This document shows positions 53,900 to 64,000 of a DNA stretch of 64,000 nt, piece after piece (within the stretch, counting starts at the first letter, position 1; the number at the start of each line of letters is the position of its first letter). Both the position numbers and the translations under genes were made by a program. The DNA is from Octopus vulgaris (lineage: Eukaryota), in the NCBI GenBank assembly GCA_951406725.2, contig OX597834.1, forward strand, positions 27,652,001 through 27,716,000, in the 5' to 3' direction. The notes under the pieces are model-generated. The model was given only the letters and a program-made list of their open reading frames with translations, searched no databases and had not been told where the DNA came from.

Positions 53900-54860
53900 T
53901 TCGTGACAACCCTTCCACTCGACGGTAACTATCTGGCAAAGCCGGTAGTATATAACACCAAAGTTGAATCAAACAGCAGAGATGAGCATAAAACATATAT
54001 TGAGAAAACAGAACTAGCATTCAAAATTCGTTGTTACAGACACAAATATTCATTTCTAATAAAAATTCGCTACCGCTTTATCAAAATTTATATGGCTCTT
54101 GCGTGAGACAATTCTTCACGGAATCAAAATTACTCGATCAGTTGCTGATAGTGCACAACCATACAGGAACAGGAGCTTCAAATCAAAGATATGGTGTAAC
54201 CACTGAGCGAAGAATTGAGAATTTAGATTCAAAGCAGTAACAGTTTCATCAAAAGAGATGAGCCTAAAACATATATTGAGAAAACAGAACTAGCATTCAA
54301 AATCCGTTGTTACAGACACAAATATTCATTTCTAATAAAAAAATTCTCTACCGCTTTATCAAAATTTATATGGTTCTTGCGTGAGACAATTCTTCACGGA
54401 ATCAACATTACTCAATCAGTTGATGATAGTGCACAACCATACAGGAACAGGGGCTTCAAATCAAAGATGTGGTGTAACCACTGAGCGAGAAATTGAGAAT
54501 TTAGATTAAAAGCAGTAACAGTTTCATCAAAAGAGATGAGCCTAAAACATATATTGAGAAAACAGAACTAGCATTCAAAATCCGTTGTTACAGACACAAA
54601 TATTCATTTCTAATAAAAATTCGCTACCGCTTTATCAAAATTTATATGGTTCTTGCGTGAGACAATTCTTCACGGAATCAAAATTACTCAATCAGTTGCT
54701 GATAGTGCACCACCATACAGGAACAGGAGCTTCAAATCAAAGATATGGTGTAACCACTGAGCGAAAAATTGAGAATTTAGATTCAAAGCAGTAACAGTTT
54801 CATCAAAAGATCTGAAACGTTAGCGCCTTATATGCACACGGTTAATTATCTTATATGTAA
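53900..54860 (+). pseudogene. Penelope-like GIY-YIG endonuclease fragment with a ~277 bp internal segment triplicated
   Basis: PLDGNYLAKPVVYNTKV...KTYIEKTELAFKIRCYRHKYSF...ATALSKFIWLLRE (cf. CPLxGxC...VVY...YIGxTExxFKxRxxxHxxSF...TxLSKxIW); unit markers gatgag at 53981, 54257 and 54535. Confidence 0.75.
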
Positions 54861-54937
54861 ATATCAGCCTCCTCAAATTTCGTTCTGGTTCAGAGAACTA
54901 TCGTTGGTTTCGATATGTTTAATAATTATGCTTTATT

Positions 54938-55146
54938 ACTCTCTCTTTACTCTTTTACTTGTTTCAGTCATTTGACTGCGGCCATGCTGGAGCACCGCCT
55001 TTAGTCGATCAAATCGACCCCGGGACTTATTCTTTGTAAGCCCAGTACTTATTCTATCGGTCTCTTTTGCCGAACCGCTAAGTAACGGGGACATAAATAC
55101 ACCAGCATCGGTTGTCAAGCAATGCGAGGGGGTCAAACACAGACAC

Positions 55147-55184
<38 letters not shown>

Positions 55185-55332
55185 GACAGGCTTCTTTCAG
55201 TTTCCGTCTACCAAATCCACTTACAAGACATTGGTCGGCCCGGGGCTATAGCAGAAGACACTTGCCCAAGATGCCACGCAGTGGGACTGAACCCGGAACC
55301 ATGTGGTTGGTTAGCAAGCTACTTACCACACA
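54938..55332 (-). mobile_element. SINE family A
   Basis: Matches the family A copies. Confidence 0.93.
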
Positions 55333-55787
55333 TGTATGTTTTACAAAAAATAGTCACAAGGCTTGTATATTTTAATGCTAAAAGGGATCCTACGTTAGAT
55401 TTGACTTTTACAAATGCACACAAAACCCATAATTCCGAAATATAAATCGACAAAATGCTTCACATTTCTGTCCGACAACGAAAGTCTATAAGTATTTTGT
55501 TCCACTGACCAATTCTTTTCACAATACAGAAACATGGTAAGGCAGCAGTCACAATGGTAAATATTTAGAGTTAACATCTGAAATTTCATTAACATTTTCG
55601 AGCAAAACTTCGCCACAAATGTAAGCATTAATTTTCATATTCATCTAAAATATTCATATATTTTAACGTTTTTACTTATTGCAATGATTACGCATAAGTT
55701 ATTCGTCCGAACTGTAAAGGTTATATGTATATGCGTTACTGCTTTATATATAAACATAAATATATACATGCATATATACACACATAG

Positions 55788-55820
<33 letters not shown>

Positions 55821-55836
55821 AATAAATATACTTCTG

Positions 55837-55893
<57 letters not shown>

Positions 55894-56686
55894 AAATCCT
55901 TTTATTTCTCTAGCAATCAATCTATCTAACTATACAACTGCTTATGTGTGGCTTTAAAATATAGTTTTAGACACGTACGTATTTATATATGTAAATATAC
56001 CTATATATATATATTTATTTATTTATTTATATATAAATATACGTGTACAAGTGTGTGTGTGCCTACATACATGCATACATACATGCATACATACATATGT
56101 ACATGTAGACAGAACACGATTGCCTCACGGACAGACAGACAGACAGGCAGAGATAGAGAGGCAGAGACAGAAGACAGAAAGATAAAGAGAGAAAGAGTAA
56201 GAGAGAGACGGAGGCAGAAAGAGACATAGATACATAGACCAATTCCAGATCTGATTGTCCATTTTTGCATTCTGTCCTCAAGCAATACCAAACATTGGCT
56301 GATAAAATCTGGAGACACCAGAAATTATCTTAAATACATAAAACCTGAACTTTTATTGTCATCCCAGCAAAATTCAATCATTTCTAATATACACGCAACA
56401 TGGTGGAGAATTTGAAAAAGTAATTATATTACATCTTTTATCTTTTAGAGAGAGACGGTGTGAAGAAAGACTGTGCAAGAGAAGAAAATGCGAAAATAGC
56501 ATTCGGTTTGGTTTATTATGCACTGAATAAAAGTAAGGTACCTATACTTGATTGATACATCATTTTATCGATCTAGAAATGATTAGATGTGAAGTTAGAC
56601 TTCGCTAGTACTTGAACTCATAACGTAAAGAACGGGAAGACATAACCACTTCCCCGAAATTGCTGGCCTTGTCACAAAATTTATGC

Positions 56687-56687
<1 letters not shown>

Positions 56688-56770
<83 letters not shown>

Positions 56771-56781
56771 CATTATTATTA

Positions 56782-56813
<32 letters not shown>

Positions 56814-56817
56814 GTTA

Positions 56818-56855
<38 letters not shown>

Positions 56856-57026
56856 TTATTATTATTACTTTTTTTTTCCTCTTTCAAATTTGCTTCCATT
56901 TCTTGCTGAGTGTCTTCCCGACTCCTAGGGCAAAGAAACTCATAGTATACATTGGTAGGCCATTAAACTAAACTCAATAGTTCATTCATTTTTTTTAAGT
57001 TAAAAAAAATATTATTATTATTATTA

Positions 57027-57107
<81 letters not shown>
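56688..57107. repeat. (TTA)n arrays enclosing a ~110 bp insert (56880-56990), possibly a Dong-like 3'UTR on the minus strand
   Basis: Direct reading; on the minus strand the insert ends in an A-run followed by (TAA)n. Confidence 0.7.
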
Positions 57108-57108
<1 letters not shown>

Positions 57109-57335
57109 GGCAGTGAGCTGGCAGAATCGTTAGAACGCTGGACTAAATGCTTAGCAGTATTTCGCCCTTCACTACGTTCTGAATTCAAATTCCGCCGAGG
57201 TCGACTTTGCATCTCATCCTTTCGGGGTCGATAAATTAAGTATCAGGTGACCACTGGGGTCGATGTAAATTTACTCATCCCCACCTCCACCAAAGTGTCC
57301 TTGCGGCAAAATTTTCAAATAATAAGAATTATTAT
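57108..57335 (+). mobile_element. SINE B' after (TTA)n
   Basis: aaggcagtgagctggcagaatcgttag...catcctttcggggtcgataaatt. Confidence 0.85.
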
Positions 57336-57339
57336 TATT

Positions 57340-57852
57340 GAGTGAGAGAACAGTGCAAGCCATCAAAGGGACACTGGCGTAAAATATACGAAGCCCAGTA
57401 TACCTATCATGACAACCCTCTCTGATAAGGGTATACCAGGCACATACAACACAACCATATATGCGCGACATGGTGATCTCATATCAACATAACGGCGCAT
57501 GACATAGCCCATCCCGCTCAAAAGGTCCCTGGATAAAGGTTGTTTAAAGATGTAAAACGAAACTTCCCTGTTTCCAGAGGTAAATTATCCAAACCCCAAA
57601 GAATTCCTCTCAACACATGACTATAGTGCACCCCTACTTCTGCTCATAATCAGAGATGCACATATCGTCAGCCACTAAAGTGCATGCTCAAATGGTTAAA
57701 ATCAAACAACTGACAGGCAAAAGCTGTGGTATTGATCAGAATATTTGCTGTAGCCCATCTTTTATACCAAGACAAATCAATGTACATGATAATACTTCCA
57801 ATCAGTTATAATTAGAAGCCACGAGAGCCACTGTCTGGTACTGCATCAGGGC
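57340..57852 (-). mobile_element. Family C non-coding element, longer copy, flanked by (TTA)n
   Basis: Homolog of 48595-49052 with about 90 bp extra at the putative 5' end. Confidence 0.8.
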
Positions 57853-57896
57853 AGTAATCATTATTGTCATCATCTTCATCATCATTATTATTAATA

Positions 57897-57957
<61 letters not shown>

Positions 57958-57968
57958 CATCATCATCA

Positions 57969-58030
<62 letters not shown>

Positions 58031-58071
58031 ATTATTATTATTATCAGCATCATACTCATCATCATCTAATT

Positions 58072-58298
58072 CTTGATTGCCCACAAGGGGCTAAACACAG
58101 AGGGGACAAACAATGACAGACAAAAGGACTAAGTCGATTACATCGACCCCAGTGCGTAACTCGTACGTATTTAATCGACCTCGAAAGGATGAAAGGCAAA
58201 GTTGATCTCGGCGGAATTTGAACTCAGAACGTAGCGGCAGACGAAATACCAAAAAGCATTTCGTCTGGCGTGCTAACGATTCTGCCAGCTCGCCGCCT
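58072..58298 (-). mobile_element. SINE family B monomer
   Basis: Full head to tail. Confidence 0.9.
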
Positions 58299-58299
58299 T

Positions 58300-58790
58300 A
58301 ATCTCTCTATCTGTGTGTATTGGTATACCCCAGAGTATGGTTGCTTTCTCATTTGCTGTGACCTTTTCTGGGGTGAGCTTATACCATCTTTTTTTTCTGT
58401 TGTTACTCTATAGTGTTAGCATAGCTTCCAGTGTATATAGGTCACAAGTCAGTCGTATCTGTGAATATATTACTTCTTAGCTAGGACCGGGCAGCTAGAG
58501 ACAATATGATTTATTGTTTCTTCTTCTGCAGTTACCTGTATTTCTTTTCATTACATGCTTTTGGTGACTTCTGGTGGGAAGGTTTTGACCTTGTGCTGCA
58601 ATTAAAAATCCTTTAGTCTCTGCTTTGAGTCCTTTATTGGGATTTTGCTTTATCTATAGCGTTTCTGTTTAGCTTAACCCAATATTTGCCATGTAGAGGC
58701 ATTTCTTGCCATCGTTCTGTCGTGATACGTTATTGCTCCAGTTTTAGTTTCGATTTCAGTTGTGCAGCTTTTTGTCGTACAGCTTTCGAT
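58300..58790 (-). mobile_element. Decayed copy of the 40301 Dong-like family
   Basis: GLKAETKGFLIAAQGQNLPTRSHQKHVMKRN...RWYKLTPEKVTANEKATILWGIPIHTDREI. Confidence 0.85.
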
Positions 58791-59030
58791 ATATGGGCCT
58801 ATCTCAGCATCCTTGAAACCGCAAACGGTCGGCGGACATCATATGAGAAAAAGGCAGACTATCAAAACTATCAGCGATATTGAAATAAAGCCAGTTCAGC
58901 GCAGTCCTGTATCAAAATAGCTCTCTAAATACTGCGAACCATATTGAATTGCTGCGTTTCTGAAAAAACAGACTTCAGCATCAATCACTTACAGACGAAT
59001 ATTCATCTACTACATATGTGTGAGTGTATT

Positions 59031-59085
<55 letters not shown>

Positions 59086-59119
59086 CATTGTTTCACAATT
59101 TCATTTTGTTCAGTAGTTT

Positions 59120-59326
59120 CTTTTACTCTTTTACTTGTTTCAGTCATTTGACTGTGGCCATGCTGGAGCACCGCCTTTAATCGAGCAACTCGACCCCGGG
59201 ACTTTTCTTTTGTAAGCCCAGTACTTATTCTATCGTTCTCTTTTGACAAACCGCTAAGTAACGAGGACATAAACACACCAGCATTGGTTGTCAAGCAATG
59301 CTAGGGGGACAAACACAGACACACAA

Positions 59327-59345
<19 letters not shown>
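59120..59345 (-). mobile_element. SINE A 3' half
   Basis: Tail through ggggacaaacacagacac. Confidence 0.9.
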
Positions 59346-59375
<30 letters not shown>

Positions 59376-59487
59376 AATTCTGTCTGTGAGTGTGTTTGTG
59401 GAGTTGTTAGCTAACTCCTACAACATCGATTTATACAACTGTGTAGCTCCCCATCTGCGGCGCATCATGCAGGTTATGTCCAAACTC

Positions 59488-59868
59488 TTACTCTTTTACT
59501 CTTTTACTTGTTTCAGTCATTTGACTGTGGCCATGCTGGAGCACCGCATTTAATCGGGATTTATTCTTTTTGTAAGCCCAGTACTTATTCTATCGGTCTC
59601 TTGTGCCGAACCGCTAAGTAACGGGGACATAAACACACCAGCATCGGTTGTCAAGCAATGCTAGGGGGACAAACACAGACACACAAACACACACACGCAT
59701 ATATAAATATATACATATATACGATGGGCTTCTTTTCAGTTTCCGTCTACCAAATCTACTGAGGCTATAGTAGAAGACACTTGGCAAAGGTGCCACGCAG
59801 TGGGACTGAACCCGGAACCATGTGGTTGGTAAACAAGCTACTTACCACACAGCCACTCCTGCGCCTAT
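59488..59868 (-). mobile_element. SINE family A
   Basis: Matches the family A copies. Confidence 0.92.
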
Positions 59869-59916
59869 ATACGGTCGTTATGAGCAATAAAGTTTCCCAT
59901 CTCTATCATTTGTGTC

Positions 59917-60305
59917 GGCGCAGAAGTGGCTGCGTGGTAAGTAGCTTACTTACCAACCACATGGTTCCGGGTTCAGTACCTTAGGCAAGTGTCTTCAACT
60001 ATAGCCTCGGGTCGACCAAAGCCTTGTGAGTGGATTTGGAAGATGGAAACTGAAAGACGTCCGTCAAATATGTGTGTGTGATTGTGTGTGTATGTGTGTG
60101 CGTGTATATGTTTGTGTAGCTGTGTTTGTTGCCCCACGATCCCTGACAACCGGTGCTGGTGTGTTTACGTCCCCGTATCCTAGCGGTTCGGCAAAAGACA
60201 CCGATAGAATAAGTACTAGGCTGATATAGATTAAGACCTTGTGTCGATATGCTCGACCAAATTTGGTGATCCAGCATGGCCGCTGTTAAATGCTTGAAAC
60301 AAATA
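59917..60305 (+). mobile_element. SINE family A, diverged, head-to-head with the previous copy
   Basis: ggcgcagaagtggctgcgtggtaagtagc...ccagcatggccgc. Confidence 0.88.
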
Positions 60306-60310
60306 AAGGA

Positions 60311-60359
<49 letters not shown>

Positions 60360-60456
60360 CACGTTATGTATATATATATTTAAATATACATGTCCATACG
60401 AACGTACACGCGTACTTGCACGCACTTACACACACAGACACACACACACACAGAGA

Positions 60457-60493
<37 letters not shown>

Positions 60494-60810
60494 TAGCCAG
60501 TAAAATATTTAGGTCGAATCAATCGCTTATCCACCCCCACCAACATATCTGACCTTCTGGTCAAATAACAAGTAATAATTTGATTTTCATAATATATATC
60601 TCCGCATTTCGGTTGTATTAGTCTAATCTCATTATAAACCACTTTGCCACCGGCTTACGCTAATCGATTAGGCCTTCATCATATATTTGCTGGACACAGC
60701 TATTCACACACACAGATATATATATATATATACACACACACGCATTTATATTTATATGCATATATATTCGTTGTTTTCGTGCAAAATGCTGAATCCACAC
60801 CTCTGTTAGG

Positions 60811-60874
<64 letters not shown>

Positions 60875-61018
60875 TATAGGACATCTGTTGCATTGTAAAA
60901 CGAGGAAAGCGGATTTCTTCGTTGTACTTTAGGCATATTAATAGACAGAAACAAACATATTTATAGCTTTGTTTCTATTTCTGCATTTTTTGTGTAGTCT
61001 ATTTCCGTGGCACCGCCC

Positions 61019-61080
<62 letters not shown>

Positions 61081-61142
61081 TGTATCTATAAATATAAATC
61101 TATCTATCTAAATGTTTGTGTATGTGTCTGTATCTCTATATA

Positions 61143-61208
<66 letters not shown>

Positions 61209-61209
<1 letters not shown>

Positions 61210-61418
61210 AGTTAATCCAAACAAGAAAGCACAAAAAAAACAACAACGCGAGGACGTGGAACTAATATAGTATTATTGGACGCTCAGGAATGAAGGAAAG
61301 AAGGAGGGTTTAACGTTTCGAGCGGAGCTCTTCGTCGGAAACATAGGAGAAGGAAAGATCCAGAGAAGGGAAGACAGAGGGAAAAAAATCGCCAACGGTA
61401 CACACGAGGTCACATTTT
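61209..61418 (-). mobile_element. TA-embedded Penelope-like pLTR with minimal hammerhead at 61308-61342
   Basis: gttt-CCGACGA-A-GAGC-tcc-GCTC-GAAA-CG-TT-aaac; (TA)n on both sides. Confidence 0.68.
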
Positions 61419-61444
61419 TCATATATATATATATATATATATAA

Positions 61445-61565
61445 TAAAAGACGAAGACAGGTAGTGTACAAAACAAACAGGTGTATTTGTATAACGGTCA
61501 GGAATAGAAAAAAGACTTTTACATTTCGAGCCTACGCTCTTCTACAGAAATGGACACGGGAAAAA
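61445..61565 (-). mobile_element. Third copy of the 19775 element; hammerhead-like fold at 61516-61551
   Basis: ttt-CTGTAGA-A-GAGC-gtag-GCTC-GAAA-TG-TA-aaag. Confidence 0.62.
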
Positions 61566-61584
61566 GGAGTTAAACAAAGTCAAC

Positions 61585-62225
61585 CCCTAAGTAATATCCG
61601 GATTTTAAATAAGTAAAACATGTTATCAGATCTTGCATTTTAATGAAACATAATCGCCAGTATCGATTCCATGATTACCTATGACATCTTTCCATTTTTA
61701 ACCGCGTTAGTGAAAAATTCTTTCAGATTCAAGTAAATAACTCCGATGGGTTAGTTTCGACTTCTTCAGTTCTTTCGTGGCTTAATCCATCCAAATGATT
61801 CTGTAAACTATGTCACAAATGGTAATTTGAAAGAGTAATGGCTGGGGAATATGGTGGATGAGCAATTTTCTGCCAGCCAAATTCCCCGATCTTCTGTAAT
61901 GCGATCTTTGCAGTGAGGGGTCTTATATTGTCCTCATGAAACATCACTCCCTTTCGTTTCACTAAAGGTGGCTTCCATTTCCTTCAAAGCAGCGTGCAAA
62001 CACTTCAATTGCTGATAGTAGATCTGTGCATGATTGCTGCATTAGTCGGTAGCAACCCAAACTGGATGACTCCTTTGCAATCTCACCAAATAGAGAGGAG
62101 AAACTTCTTCACATGGAGTTCCATTTTCGGTTGTGGGTGGTCCTTTTCTCCTTCACCAAACCAATATCTACAACACTTAAAATTTTGTGAAAAGACCCAT
62201 TTATCGTCAATGGTCACCTGTCTGT
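61585..62225 (-). pseudogene. Mariner transposase pseudogene (catalytic half)
   Basis: VTIDDKW...MFHEDNIRP...GWQKIAHPPYSPAITLSNYHL*HSLQNHLDG. Confidence 0.85.
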
Positions 62226-62226
62226 C

Positions 62227-62345
62227 CTCGTGGAGCTTTAGGTGTTTTCGCTCAATAAACACTCACAACGCCTGGTGTGGAAATGGAAACGACGATCCCT
62301 AGACCGTGAGTCCGCTGCCTGAACCACTGGGCCATTGCACCTCCA
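62227..62345 (-). mobile_element. SINE D head fragment
   Basis: tggaggtgcaatggcccagtgg...gagcgaaaacacctaaagctccacgag. Confidence 0.85.
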
Positions 62346-62352
62346 CACACAC

Positions 62353-62428
<76 letters not shown>

Positions 62429-62437
62429 AAATATTTC

Positions 62438-62527
62438 GTGGCACTCCGTCGGTTACGACGACGTGGGTTCCAGTTGATCCGATCAATGGAACAGCCTGCC
62501 CGTGAAATTAATGTGTAAGTGGCTGAA
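62438..62527 (-). mobile_element. SINE D 3' tail fragment
   Basis: Reverse complement of about 21363-21450. Confidence 0.8.
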
Positions 62528-62590
62528 CTTATACCTCATATATATATATATATATATATATAGATATATATATATATACACACATATATA

Positions 62591-63005
62591 TATGAGGTGG
62601 TAGGAAAAAAATTCCCGGACTAGTTCTGTTGTACGCTAACAGATTGCTGCACACGGTAGCGTGCGCAGTGAGAGCGAGCAATGACCTTCACGAAGCAGTA
62701 TGCCGAGTGACATCACTATCTTAACTTTGCAGGTTGTGAAATTTGTGTTTTTGTGATCCCGTGTATGCTGCGCTGTACGATTTTATCATGGACAAGAGCA
62801 TATAGCCAATGCGAAATGTTGCGCGAAACTTGGAAAGACACATTGAGCATACTTCGATAAGCTTACGGTTACGATGCCGTGGGTTGTACGCAATGTTTTG
62901 AGTGGCACGGGCGCTTCAAAAGAGCGTCGCTGGAAGAAGATGAGCACTTTGTAAGATATACCACGAGCGTCACTTCCGGAAATGTGGTATCGTGCATCAT
63001 CAATT
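62591..63005 (+). mobile_element. Mariner 5' end (TIR plus N-terminal HTH), decayed
   Basis: tatgagg...aaaattcccggact TIR-like start; KCCAKLGKT...AYGYDAVGCTQCFEWHGRFKR...LEEDE. Confidence 0.75.
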
Positions 63006-63374
63006 CTTCCCCCCCCCCCGCCCCAGGGACCGACCGTCAATCGAGAAATTCTACTGCGACGTTTCGAAGCTCCTTCGTATAACCAAACGTGTGTGTGTGT
63101 GTGTAGAAATCTTTCGTCACACAAAAGTGTCGCTGAAGAGGTCACAGATGTGACGAAAGGTTTCCGGACAATGGACATGACTTAAAATAGTAAAATAAGA
63201 ACAGTAATAAACGAGTGAAGACAAAGTATATAGTGCGTGTGTTTATTTGAAAAAAAATGACCATCCCGAAATACAAATGTATATATATATATATACAGAG
63301 AGAGAAAGTGACCTTTACACTACTTGACCAAACTTTTGAAAGGCCTGGGTGAAATCATGAATTCAGTAGTAAAA

Positions 63375-63465
<91 letters not shown>

Positions 63466-63498
63466 TAATAATAATGATGATGATGATGATGATGATGA
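63375..63498. repeat. (ATG)n-(ATA)n-(ATG)n compound microsatellite
   Basis: Direct reading. Confidence 0.95.
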
Positions 63499-64000
63499 TT
63501 TTTAAATTTGTTATTTTTTTGTTTGTGCTTTTTGCTGCTCTTGCTTTCTTGGGTTTGTATTTTGTTTATTCATATCCGTGAGATAATCTGAATATATAAT
63601 TAGCTATGCAGGTGGTAGATGGTTAAATAAATTTGTGGCTTGTCTCAAAGATAAGATTAAAATAATGCTTATGCTATGAAAAAAAAAAACATTTTTTCAT
63701 TGGAATGCAAACACAGCATCTAAAAACTAAAATGAATATAATAATAAAAAATAATAACAAAACACGGCATCTCGTTTTAAAAGAGATGTTTAAAACGAGA
63801 AGAAAAAACGAACCAAAATTAAATTTTTTTTTACGTTGCAGAGAGGGAAGGAAGCCATTTTGTATTCGGGGTCTTTGTTGGTAATTTTTTCAGTTTTCTT
63901 AATGTTCTGTGACTTTGTGGTTTATTATCATTTTTGTTATTGTATTTATTTTCAGATTGGTTGAGGGTATTTTGGTTTTGTTGTAATCTTATTTATTTGT

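Overview
AT-rich, microsatellite-saturated eukaryotic DNA. Its repeat content (tRNA-headed SINE families, R4/Dong, RTE and Tx1 LINE fragments, mariner relics) points to a coleoid cephalopod, probably Octopus; this is inferred from recognising the repeats, not from a search. No intact host gene is visible, and most of the supplied ORFs are microsatellite translations. The window looks intronic or intergenic and is dominated by decayed transposons. Most notable: (1) one SINE family forms head-less tandem multimers of about 184 bp at four loci, always joined at the same (quasi-)palindromic junction GAAATAG[C/G]TATTTC; (2) several short elements embedded in (TA)n carry minimal type-I hammerhead ribozyme folds, and a Penelope-type GIY-YIG fragment is tandemly triplicated; (3) a tRNA/CORE SINE head runs without a visible break into an RTE endonuclease ORF; (4) a Mutator (MULE) relic has a terminal 39 x 16 bp array; (5) a ~320 bp fold-back palindrome; (6) Dong/R4-like LINEs and a putative non-autonomous partner sit in (TAA)n tracts; (7) a CpG/ETS/YY1 promoter-like island and two weak exon candidates lie on the minus strand. 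All coordinates were read by eye; element boundaries are approximate (about +/-10-30 bp). Family letters A-F are my own labels.
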